A stretch of DNA of 64,000 bases from Elsinoe ampelina (lineage: Eukaryota): contig ML992509.1 in NCBI GenBank assembly GCA_010093995.1, positions 790,178 through 854,177 on the forward strand, given 5' to 3'. Position 1 is the stretch's first letter, and the number at the start of each line of letters is the position of its first letter. This document shows positions 51,332 to 62,431 of this stretch, piece by piece. A program made the position numbers and the translations under genes. The notes under the pieces are model-generated. The model worked only from the letters and a program-made list of their open reading frames with translations, was not told where the DNA came from and made no database searches.

Positions 51332-52886
51332 TCATCGCATGCGACCATGACTGTGATGGCTATGGCGAGGAGGCTCATCCGGTGGCGCTCCACGTTTTCG
51401 GCTACTATTCGAGTACTGTGTCTCCATCCTGGTGGTCTCCATCCGAGAAGGCGGGGGCTGGGCCTGGTAGATCGGCTGCTCGACTTGTGGCATGGGAGGA
51501 GCATATGCTACAGCTTGCAAAGATGTCAGTACTGGCGTCGGATCAAGCTGACAGAATCACTTACGCCTGCCATAAGGGTCGTATCCGGCTGGTGGCTGCG
51601 CGTAGCTGTCAAGTGTCAGTTCCAGGTCGTCCTCGACCATGTTTCACTCCGGAAGCACAAGGCTAGGATAGAAAGGAGGCGCTCTCTTGGGGTGCAAGGA
51701 CGTCTCAAGGAGGTAAGCTCACCTAGCAGGATGTGGTGCTTCTTTATAAGCAGCTGGAGCAAGTCTGGGATCGTCCCTGGACACCGATGATTGATACCTC
51801 AGATCATCTCTATGGTGATCGCGTGCTGGAGCATAGCGTGGATCTTCCCTTACGTATTGCGGCTGAGCTGGAGCATAGCGTGAATCGTCCCTTGTAGAGC
51901 GGTGACGAGGGTCCTCGGCATACCTTGGTTCTTCTCGGGGTGCATAGCGAACATCCTCTCGGCTATGTGAGTACCTTGGGTCCTCCCTAGTGGCATAGCG
52001 GATCTCCTCGCGTGGATCCCTTGCAGGTGGATACCTTGTGTCAACCATGTCGACATCGCGGGGATGCGGCGTAGGATGTCCACCATAGCCAGGGATATGT
52101 TGCGGACTACCCCGGTCTGGAGCGACCAGTCTTGAGGAATGATAGCCTGGCTCCGGAGCGTATTCGTTACCTTGTACAACATATCCGGGAGGGGCACTCC
52201 TGGAAGGTGGGTAAGCTATTGGCTCCACATACGATCCAACAATGGCTCCAGTGTTGGCCAAATGGGTACGAGAATGAGGGTCCGAACGGGAATGAGGATC
52301 CTGACGGGAGTGAGGGTCCGGACGAGCAGCGACAGGTCTGCTCGGCTCATAGTCCATAGCATCCGAGTGTCCATGCCTGGAAGAGGGTGTTTGGCTGTAA
52401 GGCACCTCAACCCTTGGAGATGACTTTCCAGTGTCATTACGGCCACTGCCTTGTTCCCGGTATGTCCTCGAGTCCTCATAATTCACTGCATCATGGTCAG
52501 GGTTGTTCTGTGGGCCAACCTCTGGGGTCGCACTACCTCTCTTGCCCGACTTTTTCGATTCCTGATCCCACTTTGCTGATTTGTGCTTGAGGTCTGATAT
52601 CATGTTCTGGTGGGGAGGGGAAAGATTAGTGGTCGTACAAGATGTCAGCACAGTCGCCCTACCGATGTCAAGTTTCTGTATGCGCGGATCCAATATCCCT
52701 TCACCTGTGGACCGTCAACATGTGGTCCAGTATGCTCAATCATGCGCGTACCTTGCGCCCGGTGGACTCGTCCACGCCCGGTCGTACTGTCGCATCGTTG
52801 CCCAGGAAGCTCTGAATGTCTGCGGAAATGACCTCGCGGCGGATGCCATCTTCAGGAAGGAACCAGTCGCGAAGTATGTGGCCCAT
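51332..52886 (-). CDS. RfeG-like putative transcription factor with an Arg/Asp/Tyr-rich repeat region
   Basis: MGHILRDWFLPEDGIRREVISADIQSFLGNDATVRPG...KGYWIRAYRNLT..MISDLK matches the recalled RfeG N-terminal motif; multi-exon; last exon ends ...HSHGRMR* at 51332. Confidence 0.75.
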
Positions 52887-53933
52887 GACAAGTAAAAGAG
52901 TGGATTAGTCCGAGAGATACGCCTATGTGGTCCTGGAAGTGCAATAGCAGTCCTGGGAAGTGTCCTCCAAGAGTCCAGGCAGAAAGTGCAGATAGAACCG
53001 CCGAAGTTGGGCCTCAAGTATCCAGACGTCACAGCTACACTCGAGTGATTCAACCTCGAAAGAGCAAAGTCTACAATCCAGAAAGAGGTATGAAACCACA
53101 CTGAAGCAAAAGCACAGTATGAAGCGACAAAGACCCAAGGGCAGGGAAACGGTGTAGTATTAGCGCAGCTGCGAGAATCGAGGTCGGGCCATGGTCTGGT
53201 CGCGTGAAGAGATGAGGTTTGACCTGTGACAGTTTTGGCAGTCGCTGGATCGGCCGCCAGGCAGAGAAAAGAGGAACCAGAAGGACCAAAGAGTGGGTTG
53301 CGCGCTGGCATACCCCGCTAGGGCGAACCGGGCAAAGCGCTCCCGAGGCTGAAAGGGCGGAAGAGCAAATCAAGTCCAATCGCAGAGCCGCCGGCTCGCT
53401 GAACATATCACTCCATCTGCTCGGAATGGTCTTGACATGGTCGGTCTGATGTCTCGAAACGACCTAGGCACCTCCGCGCATGCTCGAGCAGTCCAGTCAG
53501 CGCCCTCGACTGCTGCACCTCGCTCGTTTCAGATCTATCGGGCGTCGAGCAATACGTGGCAGGCCGAGGGTACAGTTGGGCATCAAAGTCGACCCAGAAG
53601 TCACGATGCCCAAAGGTCCACCGCGAACCATACCTTGGAGCCTCAGGACAGAAGTGATCAGCCTTCTTTTAATGAGGCCAAGTGCCGCCTGTGGTTCTGT
53701 CGTGGAACAAACTTTTCCATTTGCTGATCACGATTCACTTGCACCTCATGGACGGGAAACTTTGATAAAGGATGATTCGAGTTGATGAATATGAGATTTT
53801 GAAGTCAGAATGATCTGCACCGCCGGCAGGGGTATCAGTTGGGTGTCACCGCAGAAGACTCCTCCCACCCTTTCACTCCGATGAACGCCGTTATAAACCT
53901 CTCGCATGCACTAGATCACCGCTACTCCACCAA

Positions 53934-55250
53934 TCAGCCCATCAGGCCCTTCTGCACACCAAGCAGCATCTCGGCATTATAGATGATGTGAGCTGGAACA
54001 TGCAGCCAGCTCTTCGAGTTGTCGCGAAGATGGATGACAGCTAAACGAGTGACCTCGTTGGCTGCTAGCCAAATCTTTTGCTCTCGCAAGTACAGCAGCT
54101 CGTAAATTAGGCCGCCAATGATCATAAGGATGACCTTGGTGTGGAGAGGTAGTAGTTCGATGATGTCCCACGTGGTGGCCTCGCGCTCGGTGTAAATCGC
54201 GTTGGGTTGGGCTCCTGCCGCACTGGTGATCGGCGGCTCGACGGTCGTGGGCGAGATTGCCGTACTTCTGAGAGGAGAAAGACCAAGCTCAGGTCTGCCC
54301 GAGGGCGGCAGAGATGCGATAGTCGTCGGGGTGAAGATCTCGAGGTTGAGTTCTGGCCGGCCTTTCTCCTCATCCGCTCCGTTCCTTTCGGGCTGTTCGT
54401 CCGACAAGGGCGACCTCGCGCCAGGACGTTTCGTGTATTTGGGTGATGGGAACAAGGCCGTCGCCGGAGATCCGGCATAGTTTGAGTCGAGGTCCTCGCC
54501 AATATCAGCAAGCTCGTCCTGCATACTGGGCTGCCTCATGGGTCGTTGCCGAGGAACTATGAGGTCTGACAGGAAGGCATCCGTGTTCGCGCGGCCATTC
54601 TCCGTCAACCGAATAACCTCGTGCAATAGCGTGTAGATCTCGCTCGTCTCGCAGTCGGAGATGTCCTTGGACAACTTCCTGCCGAGAATGGTGTTCTCCT
54701 TGAGAAATCCCTCGATCTCATCAAGTCTCCTTTTCGACTGTCCGAGAGACTCGATTTCTTGCTCGTACGCAGCATTGATCTCCTTCTCCATGGTGAGGGC
54801 ACTGGCTTGCTGCTCTACCTTGTAGGTCTCATCCCTTGCCTGTTTCCTTGCCGTGTCTCTCTCAGATCGAGCTCGCCTCAATTCGAGTTCCAGCTTCTTG
54901 AATTCATCAAGAAGATGGTCGTGAGTGCTGTTCAAAGTGCCTTTTTCTTTCTTAACCTGCTCAAGCCTCTGTGTTGTCTCTTCGTGCTCCTTCTGCAGCT
55001 TGTCCAGAACAGCAGTCTCGTACTTCAGCCTTTTTTCCTCGGCCTCCAGGTCCCTCACCCGTGCTCTCTGCTTGTCCAGCTGGTCGTTGAGTGCTTCGAT
55101 ATCTTTGTCTTTTTGCGCCAGATCGTTGTAGAACCCTGCATTGCTCGTGGCGAGCTCGTCATTCTTTCTTTTGAGCTTCTGGTAGTCGTCCCCTTGATTC
55201 TGAGTGAACTCTTTGGGCACGGTCGGTGTATCCGGTGTCTGATCGGCCAT
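53934..55250 (-). CDS. Coiled-coil protein with a C-terminal transmembrane segment
   Basis: 438-aa intronless ORF; heptad-like E/K/L-rich first ~190 aa; hydrophobic VILMIIGGLIYELLYL followed by WLAANEVTR. Confidence 0.8.
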   Translation of the reverse strand: MADQTPDTPTVPKEFTQNQGDDYQKLKRKNDELATSNAGFYNDLAQKDKDIEALNDQLDKQRARVRDLEAEEKRLKYETAVLDKLQKEHEETTQRLEQVKKEKGTLNSTHDHLLDEFKKLELELRRARSERDTARKQARDETYKVEQQASALTMEKEINAAYEQEIESLGQSKRRLDEIEGFLKENTILGRKLSKDISDCETSEIYTLLHEVIRLTENGRANTDAFLSDLIVPRQRPMRQPSMQDELADIGEDLDSNYAGSPATALFPSPKYTKRPGARSPLSDEQPERNGADEEKGRPELNLEIFTPTTIASLPPSGRPELGLSPLRSTAISPTTVEPPITSAAGAQPNAIYTEREATTWDIIELLPLHTKVILMIIGGLIYELLYLREQKIWLAANEVTRLAVIHLRDNSKSWLHVPAHIIYNAEMLLGVQKGLMG

Positions 55251-55731
55251 AGTTGCGAGTGCTGGTGGTATTGCTGTCGGGAGTGTGAATGTTGGTGGAG
55301 GAGAGGTGAACTAAGCATGATGAGAGTGTAAATAGAATGCTTTCAGAGCGGCATATGTTTGCGACCTTAGGGACAATGCGCCGGGAGCAATTGTGGAATG
55401 TGAAATGTGACAATGAATGGACAATGCGACAATAATTGACAAAACCGTCACATCCCACGCGAGCTGCGGGTGCTTTCCGCTTTCGTCATTGACCCTTGGA
55501 CGTGGTGAGCTTCCCCGGATTTAGTTGAAGAAGCACAGACCTTTGCATATTGATGGATTGCATGTGAAGGATACCTAGTGGATGCATGCCAACGTGCTTT
55601 GATTGTCTTCTGGACACGTTACTGTCCTTGCATTACGGTCGTATGTCATGTCTATACCCCAGCAACATATGCTTTGTCAATCAACCACCACATCACATCT
55701 ACTGATCGACGAAACCTCGTTCCTTCCTGCT

Positions 55732-57776
55732 TCATGCTCCGTTCAATCCGATCTTCTTTACTCTCTTCGCGAGTTCACCCTCCCCATCAATACCAAAGTC
55801 ACTCCTCCGCTTTGCCACGCGTGGCCCTACTTCATGCAGAATAGCTCGCAAAGTGCTCCAACCTATATCGCAAACCAAAAACGGTACCAGTCAGTTTGTT
55901 CACATCTGCAGGATAGTTTGTAGAGTGGCCCAACCTGGCGATTGCTGTAGCGCCGCTCCAGCGCTGACATCCTTGTTGATTGCAACTTGACAAAGGGTAG
56001 AAAACTCGGTCTGCGTTGAGGCGGCATTAGCTGAGATCTTGGTATGGTCTCGATCGACGGGCAGGCTTACCTTGCTCAAGACATCCATGTTACGGATGAA
56101 ACTGAGGAGATGAAAGTCGGCGATCTTAGCAACCCCTTCTGGTCGGCTGAGATCGACCTTGTCCAACGCCTTCTTCAGGGATGTTGTTTCCTGTGCTTGA
56201 CCGATGACCGCTCTGTTCTCTACTGGGAATGCTGTGCTGGTGAAGACTGGCTTCGACTCTGTCGGGAATCCATGGGTGAGAGTGACAAGTAGATATTCGA
56301 CCGGGAACGATGGCTTCGCATTCTCTTGAACGTTCGCACCATACTCATTGATCTTTCTGTAGAATACTTCTGGGATGTAGCGTACTCGGCCGAGCTCATT
56401 CTCCTCGTCTTCGTCTTGCACGAGCATGACTGTAGGGTCTGCCGATGGTTCGATAATGTCGGCTCGTACCATCTCGACCGCTGAATCTGATGCCTGATAA
56501 GCTGTGACGGCAATCTGTCCTTCCTCATCGCCGCTGATGACACACGTGACAAAATGTGATCCAAACTTTCCGGTGTCGCTCCATTTGCTTGGTCTGGGGT
56601 ATCGTGCTTGGTATCGTGATGCAAAAATTACCTCAAGAGAAGAAAAGTAGAAGGAGTCTGCGTGTCTCTTGCAGATCACAGTGCCGTCACCAGCGCCTGC
56701 ATCGAGAAGATCGGTGAAGATGACGCCTACACGCTGTAGTCCACACTCCTGGGCAAGCTGATCAATTGCTTGCTCATTGTCCCACTCGTTGAGGGTCACA
56801 CCGTCCATCTCGTCGACTTGTGGAGGCTCATAGATGGCCTCAACAACGGCCTTGGTGCCGAGCGGGACCTCCGAGTATTCCTCGTACCGTCCATAGAGAA
56901 AGCCTATTCGTTGAGCGCCAGAAGTTCGCCAGAAGTCGAGTATCGTATTGATAAGTGCTGGTGAGGAGAACTCAACATGATCCACCATGCGGTACGGCTG
57001 AGGCTGGAGAGTGATAGCACTCGGCTGGCATTTTGTGCAGATGCCTTGTGGGAAAGGCTTGTGACCTGAAGGACAATCCGGTCGGACACGGTAGTATGGT
57101 TCGGTGAGAGGAGGCATGTAGGAGCTACCCGACTCATACTTGTTCTTTCCCTGGTTGAGCTTCCGGAGGTGAGCGTGATATGACAGATGCTTGATCTTCT
57201 TCTCCGCGAGGTATTCTGCATTATACGGCTCAATCGGCATGCAGTAGTCGCACATGCCCTTCGGTCCGTGTCGACACATCTTTTGATCTTTGGGTCTTGA
57301 AATCTTGCCATCCTTCTGATCTAGCCTGTCATCTACCGGTAGTTGCTTTACCGTTTCCCATGGATTCTTGATGATGCCCTGTGCTGCCGCAGACGGGATG
57401 GCAACGCTGGCGGCTTCTGAGGCGGCGACCGGATTTCCGTTGAGCCTAATCGCAGCTTCACTATGACCATTCGTTTGGGCAGCTTGTTGTTGGTAGTCGA
57501 GGAAGATCTGGGTGCCGTGTCTGGTCAAATTAGTTGCATGTAACAGATACCAGGTGGCCATACTCACGTCAGACCGAGTCGCTGGAAGGTGACACCCCTG
57601 AGAGCCTCTAGAGGACGTGAATCTCCGCCTTGCGGCTTCGGACTCATGGTCACTGAAGAGGGTATGACATCTGAGGGCAGCTTCTCAAGCACCTGCGGAA
57701 GGATAGAAGCGATGTCTGTGGTCGGCTCCAGAGTGAGTCGGAACTGGCCATTTCGGCTTTGGAATCGTAGTATCAT
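55732..57776 (-). CDS. NPL4: Npl4, cofactor of Cdc48-Ufd1; stop at 55900 (intron retained) or 55732 (intron spliced)
   Basis: [71 protein letters not shown] and [15 protein letters not shown]; introns ~57567-57522, 56070-56011 and optional 55934-55863. Confidence 0.96.
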
Positions 57777-58327
57777 GATGCCGTCTGATGTGAATGGTTC
57801 CAAGATGGACGAAAGTCGAGAGTAAAGAAAGGAATGAAGTCAAGAGTGCTTCACGTGCAAAGCGCCATATCCAGTGACTTCGGGCTTGTCGTGAGAGATA
57901 TTTGGTGGTTATCCACTCGCAGTAGGGTGCCAGAGACTGCAGAAGCTAGATTGATCGATGTTTCGAGGCTTTCGGGCAAGTTTGAAGTCGGGTAAGAGAG
58001 GATGCTGACTGATCAAAGATTGATGCCTGTTCTTCGCGTGAAGATGACCTTTGTGATTCCATCGAGCTCCAAATGCCGAAAGCTCGAAGATGAGGTAATA
58101 CTGCAGCATCGGAGGATCGGGCCGACCGAAGGAGGGCTTGCTTCAAGCAAATGGAGGGACACGTTGTGAAGAGCGGCTGCCATGTCAGGGTCCGAATTAT
58201 TTCGCGACTGAATACCATCCTCGTCTCTGATCAGCTCACCACCAGTGTCGTCCTCGCCGAATCACACCCCGGAACACGCGTGTCCCATCATATGAATCTC
58301 TAGAGACGCACACTTCACACAATCACA

Positions 58328-59102
58328 ATGGTGGACTGGATCGGCCTCTCCATCCCCTTCGCCTACCTCACAGTCCTCCTCGGCTCATTAGGGACATTCA
58401 GCCACTTGTACCGGAAGCGAAAGGCACAAAAAGCTGCTTCTCTCGAGCCATGGTTCCCATCACATCTCCAGCGCAACATCTACCTCTCCCTCCTACACAT
58501 TGACCCATCGGACCCATCATCAACACCTCCCGGGTCCGAGAAGTCACTCTCAACCGTCCCGGAGAGCATCATCAAAGCTGCCCTCATGCGCAGAGCCGTC
58601 GAGGATATCCACAGAATCATCCAGGTCAGGAACGCAAAGCCAGCACTTCAGACTCTGTTGCAGCGCGGCAGCGTAGGCGAGGAGCTATGGCAGAGGTTCT
58701 TGAGAGCTGAGCAGGACATTGAGGAGGAGGTCCAGGATGTAGTGAACGAGGTATGGTCAATGCAACATATTCATCACACACACACGCTGACCCGATTAGG
58801 CGAACGCACTTGCACCAAATTGGGGCCAAGTCATCTTCCAGTCCGCTAACGAGATCGCAAACAACCAGCTAGCGAAAGCGCGCATGGAGGAGTTGCAGGC
58901 AAAGGTCGACGAGGAACGCGAGTGGTGGGAGGCAAGGAAGAAGGCGGCAAACGATAGCTTCATGAAGGAGTTGGACGAAGAGAAGACCGCGACGCCCGTC
59001 ACGAAGAAGAGCAACAGCGACGACGATGCGGTCCTTGTCGAGGTGGGCGGACCAGCAGGCGCACAAGGGAGCATCAGGGGCAAGAAGAAGAGCAAGAAGT
59101 GA
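58328..59102 (+). CDS. SEC66: Sec63 complex subunit Sec66/Sec71
   Basis: N-terminal TM, FSHLYRKRK, WFPSHLQRNIYLSL, KAALMRRAVEDI..LLQRGSVGEELWQRF..EVQDVVNE|ANALAPNWGQVIFQSANE; intron 58751-58799. Confidence 0.92.
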
Positions 59103-59373
59103 GCTCCTCCTTACTTGTATAGTTGCGAATAGCGTAGTGGCATTAGGGGCATCAGGTACGGAGTCAGGCGCATGTCAACGAGCATCAAGGCTTGACTGGG
59201 GTTGACAACTTTGGTATGAGAATATTAGTCTGAAGGGGTATATGTCTAGAAGTCGAAGGCCCGCATCCAGTAACCGAAATGTCATTTCCCGTGGAGACCG
59301 TGAGGGCTACGACGGATGCAATAAACAATGCTATGCAGCTTCATGTCTTCGTCTCGTTCCGATCATTGCTCAT

Positions 59374-60757
59374 TCAAGGACCTCCTTTGGGCGCTTGCTT
59401 CCACTCCTTGATCGATCTCGGCGACACCTCGATCAGTGAGAACTTGCCGGCCTTTGGATCGTAGAAGGCGAGCACCTCGAACATCATTGATGCTCGACTA
59501 CCCGATGCCTGGAGCACGCCGTTGACGGCAAAGTTGCCGCGCGGCGGCTCCTTCGTCTTGGACTTTGCGTTCTTGCGCATCGAGTTGGCGAAGACGAGTG
59601 TAGCGACGGTCTTCTCTGCCGGCTCGCCTGGAAACCCGAGGGACATGGCTGGGATGTACCATTTGCCTTTCGTCCCGTCTGATGTGTCGGCAGAATTGCC
59701 TCTGCCTTCGCTCTGTGGTACCGAACTGGGCGACACAGATGAAGAATCGACACCCCCTGAGCTGGGTTGAGGTTTCCCGATGGCTTCATTCTTTGCGGCC
59801 TGTGCAGCTTCGTGTGCTTGTACCATTCGCAGCATGTGGTGCATTCTGTGCTCCGGACTCCCCGGCTCTGGCTTGGTATCCATACCGAGAGCCTCTTTGA
59901 TTCTCTTCATTTGAAAAGACCAGATTGTGTTGTAGAATGCATAAATGCTGTTCAGGGTCGCACTCGGCCACAGAATACGTGATTGCCGTTCGTATTGTTG
60001 TTGGGTGATCACTTGCTCCGAAAGTGCGACGTAAGCATCACCAATCTCCAGCCCTTTTCGGACGTACTCCTGTGGCGGACCGTAGGGGAAGTCCACCTCG
60101 AGCCAGTACCGCCTCACCCTGGTATCCTTGCCCATGACTTTCGCGGTCGATGGTAATTGTGCAAGTCCTTTACCGATGATGTTGGCGAGCTCCTCTGTAA
60201 ACATATCAGCACGTGTATATGGTAGATCCAAAGCATAGAAACCTACTGAAAAGCTTCTGCACCTTTTCCTTATCAGGCGCAATCTTCTTGAACTCTTGCC
60301 ACTCCGGATCTGTACCCTTGTAATATTCTCGAGGCAGTTTCTTCGCGGGCATGAGAGGTATGAATATGGCATCCTCATCCCCTTCGAACACATCATCGTC
60401 CTCTTCCACTTCTTGACCAGCTCTGGCCTCCGACTGGCCCTGCCCCTGCTCCTGCTCTATCGTTTGGTCATCGTCCTCCGTTGCCTCGGCTCCCTCCTCT
60501 TCCTCGATAGCAATCTCGAAATCGGCCAAAAGCCAGTTCAGGTAGCCTCCAACGCAGGTTGTGTACAATAAGACCGTCAGAATCCTCTTTCCCGTCCACC
60601 ATCGCCGCAGGCGGACTGGCTGTACTGTCACCGGCTGGTCATGTTGGATGTATCTTGAGAAAGGGCGTCTCGAGATCCGCTGCAGGTGTGTGACAGGTAC
60701 AACATGGCGAGGCAGACGGGAAGTATAGGTCTGTAGCAGCCGAGCGGGTCGGAACAT
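59374..60757 (-). CDS. Conserved fungal hypothetical protein, probably mitochondrial membrane
   Basis: Arg-rich, acid-poor N-terminus, one TM segment, acidic linker, FIPL...YKGTDPEWQEF; intron 60246-60195 joins the two ORFs. Confidence 0.75.
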
Positions 60758-61102
60758 GGGCGTGCTCAGTGATGTAACATATGACGAAGCTATTGCTCGA
60801 AATCTGTGAGTGAGCTGATGTGAGTTGAACGGGTTTGTGGTAGTCGACGTGAGGTTTATTTGTGTACAAAGTCGCGTCCGTGTGCTTGTTTATGAGCCTT
60901 AGCTGGATCTGTGAGTGAATATGGAAGGGTCTCGATGACTTCCTGGTTCGGCGGCGTCGGAGAAGTGGTAGTTGGCCACCAATGGGAGGAGTTAGGGTTA
61001 GGGTCCGAGCAATGAGGTCTGATCCTGCCAAGAACGAGTTGCTTCACGACATCGAGCGTAGCCTGGTCTCGTTCAGAAGTACATCCACATCGACCAGCAA
61101 TC

Positions 61103-62274
61103 ATGAGGTGGCTGTCGCTGAGCCTCTGGCTACCTGCACTGGCTGCTGCAGCTCAAGTACCAACCGACTTCAATGGACGATTATACATTTACGACAAGAG
61201 CTCACCTTCGTTATCGAACAAGCACGCCCCAATCAGCCATGAAGCGGCGAGACTGATAATTGCGCAACGACTGGGTGTAGACCGGTATCATGATGGCGAT
61301 AGCATCTCACCGGAGACTATGAGCGCTCTCAACAGCTTGGGAAGCAGCAGCGGTCTATTCGAAGAGAAGGATTTCAGACGACCTCTTGCGGTCCTCCTCT
61401 CGTCTGAAGACCGACATCACCATCGTAAGATCAGCTTGCGTGGGACACAGAGGCAAGCTAACGTTGTCCAGAGCAAGATCTTGAGCCCTATACCCACTTG
61501 GCGACAGTCGAAGCTATTCCCTCACTCAAGCAGAGCGACAGCCTCTTCGTCGGATTTGCCGCACAAAAGTACGCATCAGAAAACCGCCGACCAGTCTTCA
61601 GCAAAGACAACGCCGAACAAGGTATTTACTTTGAGAGCGACGATGCTATTGTCCGCCGCATCACCGGCTTCCCCCAGCCTGGCCTTCTTCTCGACCAGTA
61701 CCGCCGAGAAGGCTACGACGTCATCCTTCTCATCTCCCCCAAGCAGTGGGCGGCAAAGACCTCGTACGGCCACTTCGAATGGCCGATGGTCACCCACGAC
61801 AAGCGTCAAATTCAAGAAAAGCCCCTCGAGGAAGAGCCAGATACACCTGCGCCGAACGAGACCATCTCTCCTTCCAAGTCAAATGACACTACGCCTCTTC
61901 GCGGCATTCTCCCCTTTTGTTACTCCACCAAGGAGAAGTGCGAGTCCACCACCCGGAACTGCACCGGTCATGGCAGCTGCAAGATTGCCTATACGCAAAA
62001 GGACAGCTCGAGCGACGATGAAGGTGTCCCATGCTACTCTTGCAGCTGCAGCGCAACTGTCCGTGAGAACAAAGATGGATCGAAGAAAACCACTGTCTGG
62101 AGCGGACCAGCATGTCAGAAGAAGGATGTGGTGACGCCATTCTGGCTCATCACTGGATTCACTGTGCTCATGATCTTCCTCGTCTCATGGGCGATTGGCA
62201 CGATCATGACGATGGGCAATGAGGAGCTACCGAGCGTGATTGGCGCAGGTGTGAGCGGCGTGCCGAGGAAGTAG
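61103..62274 (+). CDS. DUF3844/Vps3844-like type I membrane protein
   Basis: Signal peptide; ARLIIAQRLG; Cys-rich CYSTKEKCESTTRNCTGHGSC...CSC...KTTVWSGPACQKKDV..FWLITGFT..LPSVIGAGV; intron 61425-61471 restores the frame. Confidence 0.85.
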
Positions 62275-62431
62275 AAATGTGATAGCCGTACGAAGGTGGA
62301 CAGAAACATGAACCCTAGCGCAAGGAAAGGCTTAGGAAGGGAGCAAGCATCTGACATTATGTACTCTGGCGCTGTTTACCAATTAGCTTCTCGCAGAATC
62401 AAACAACCTGTACAATCCCCCGCCCCCTTTC

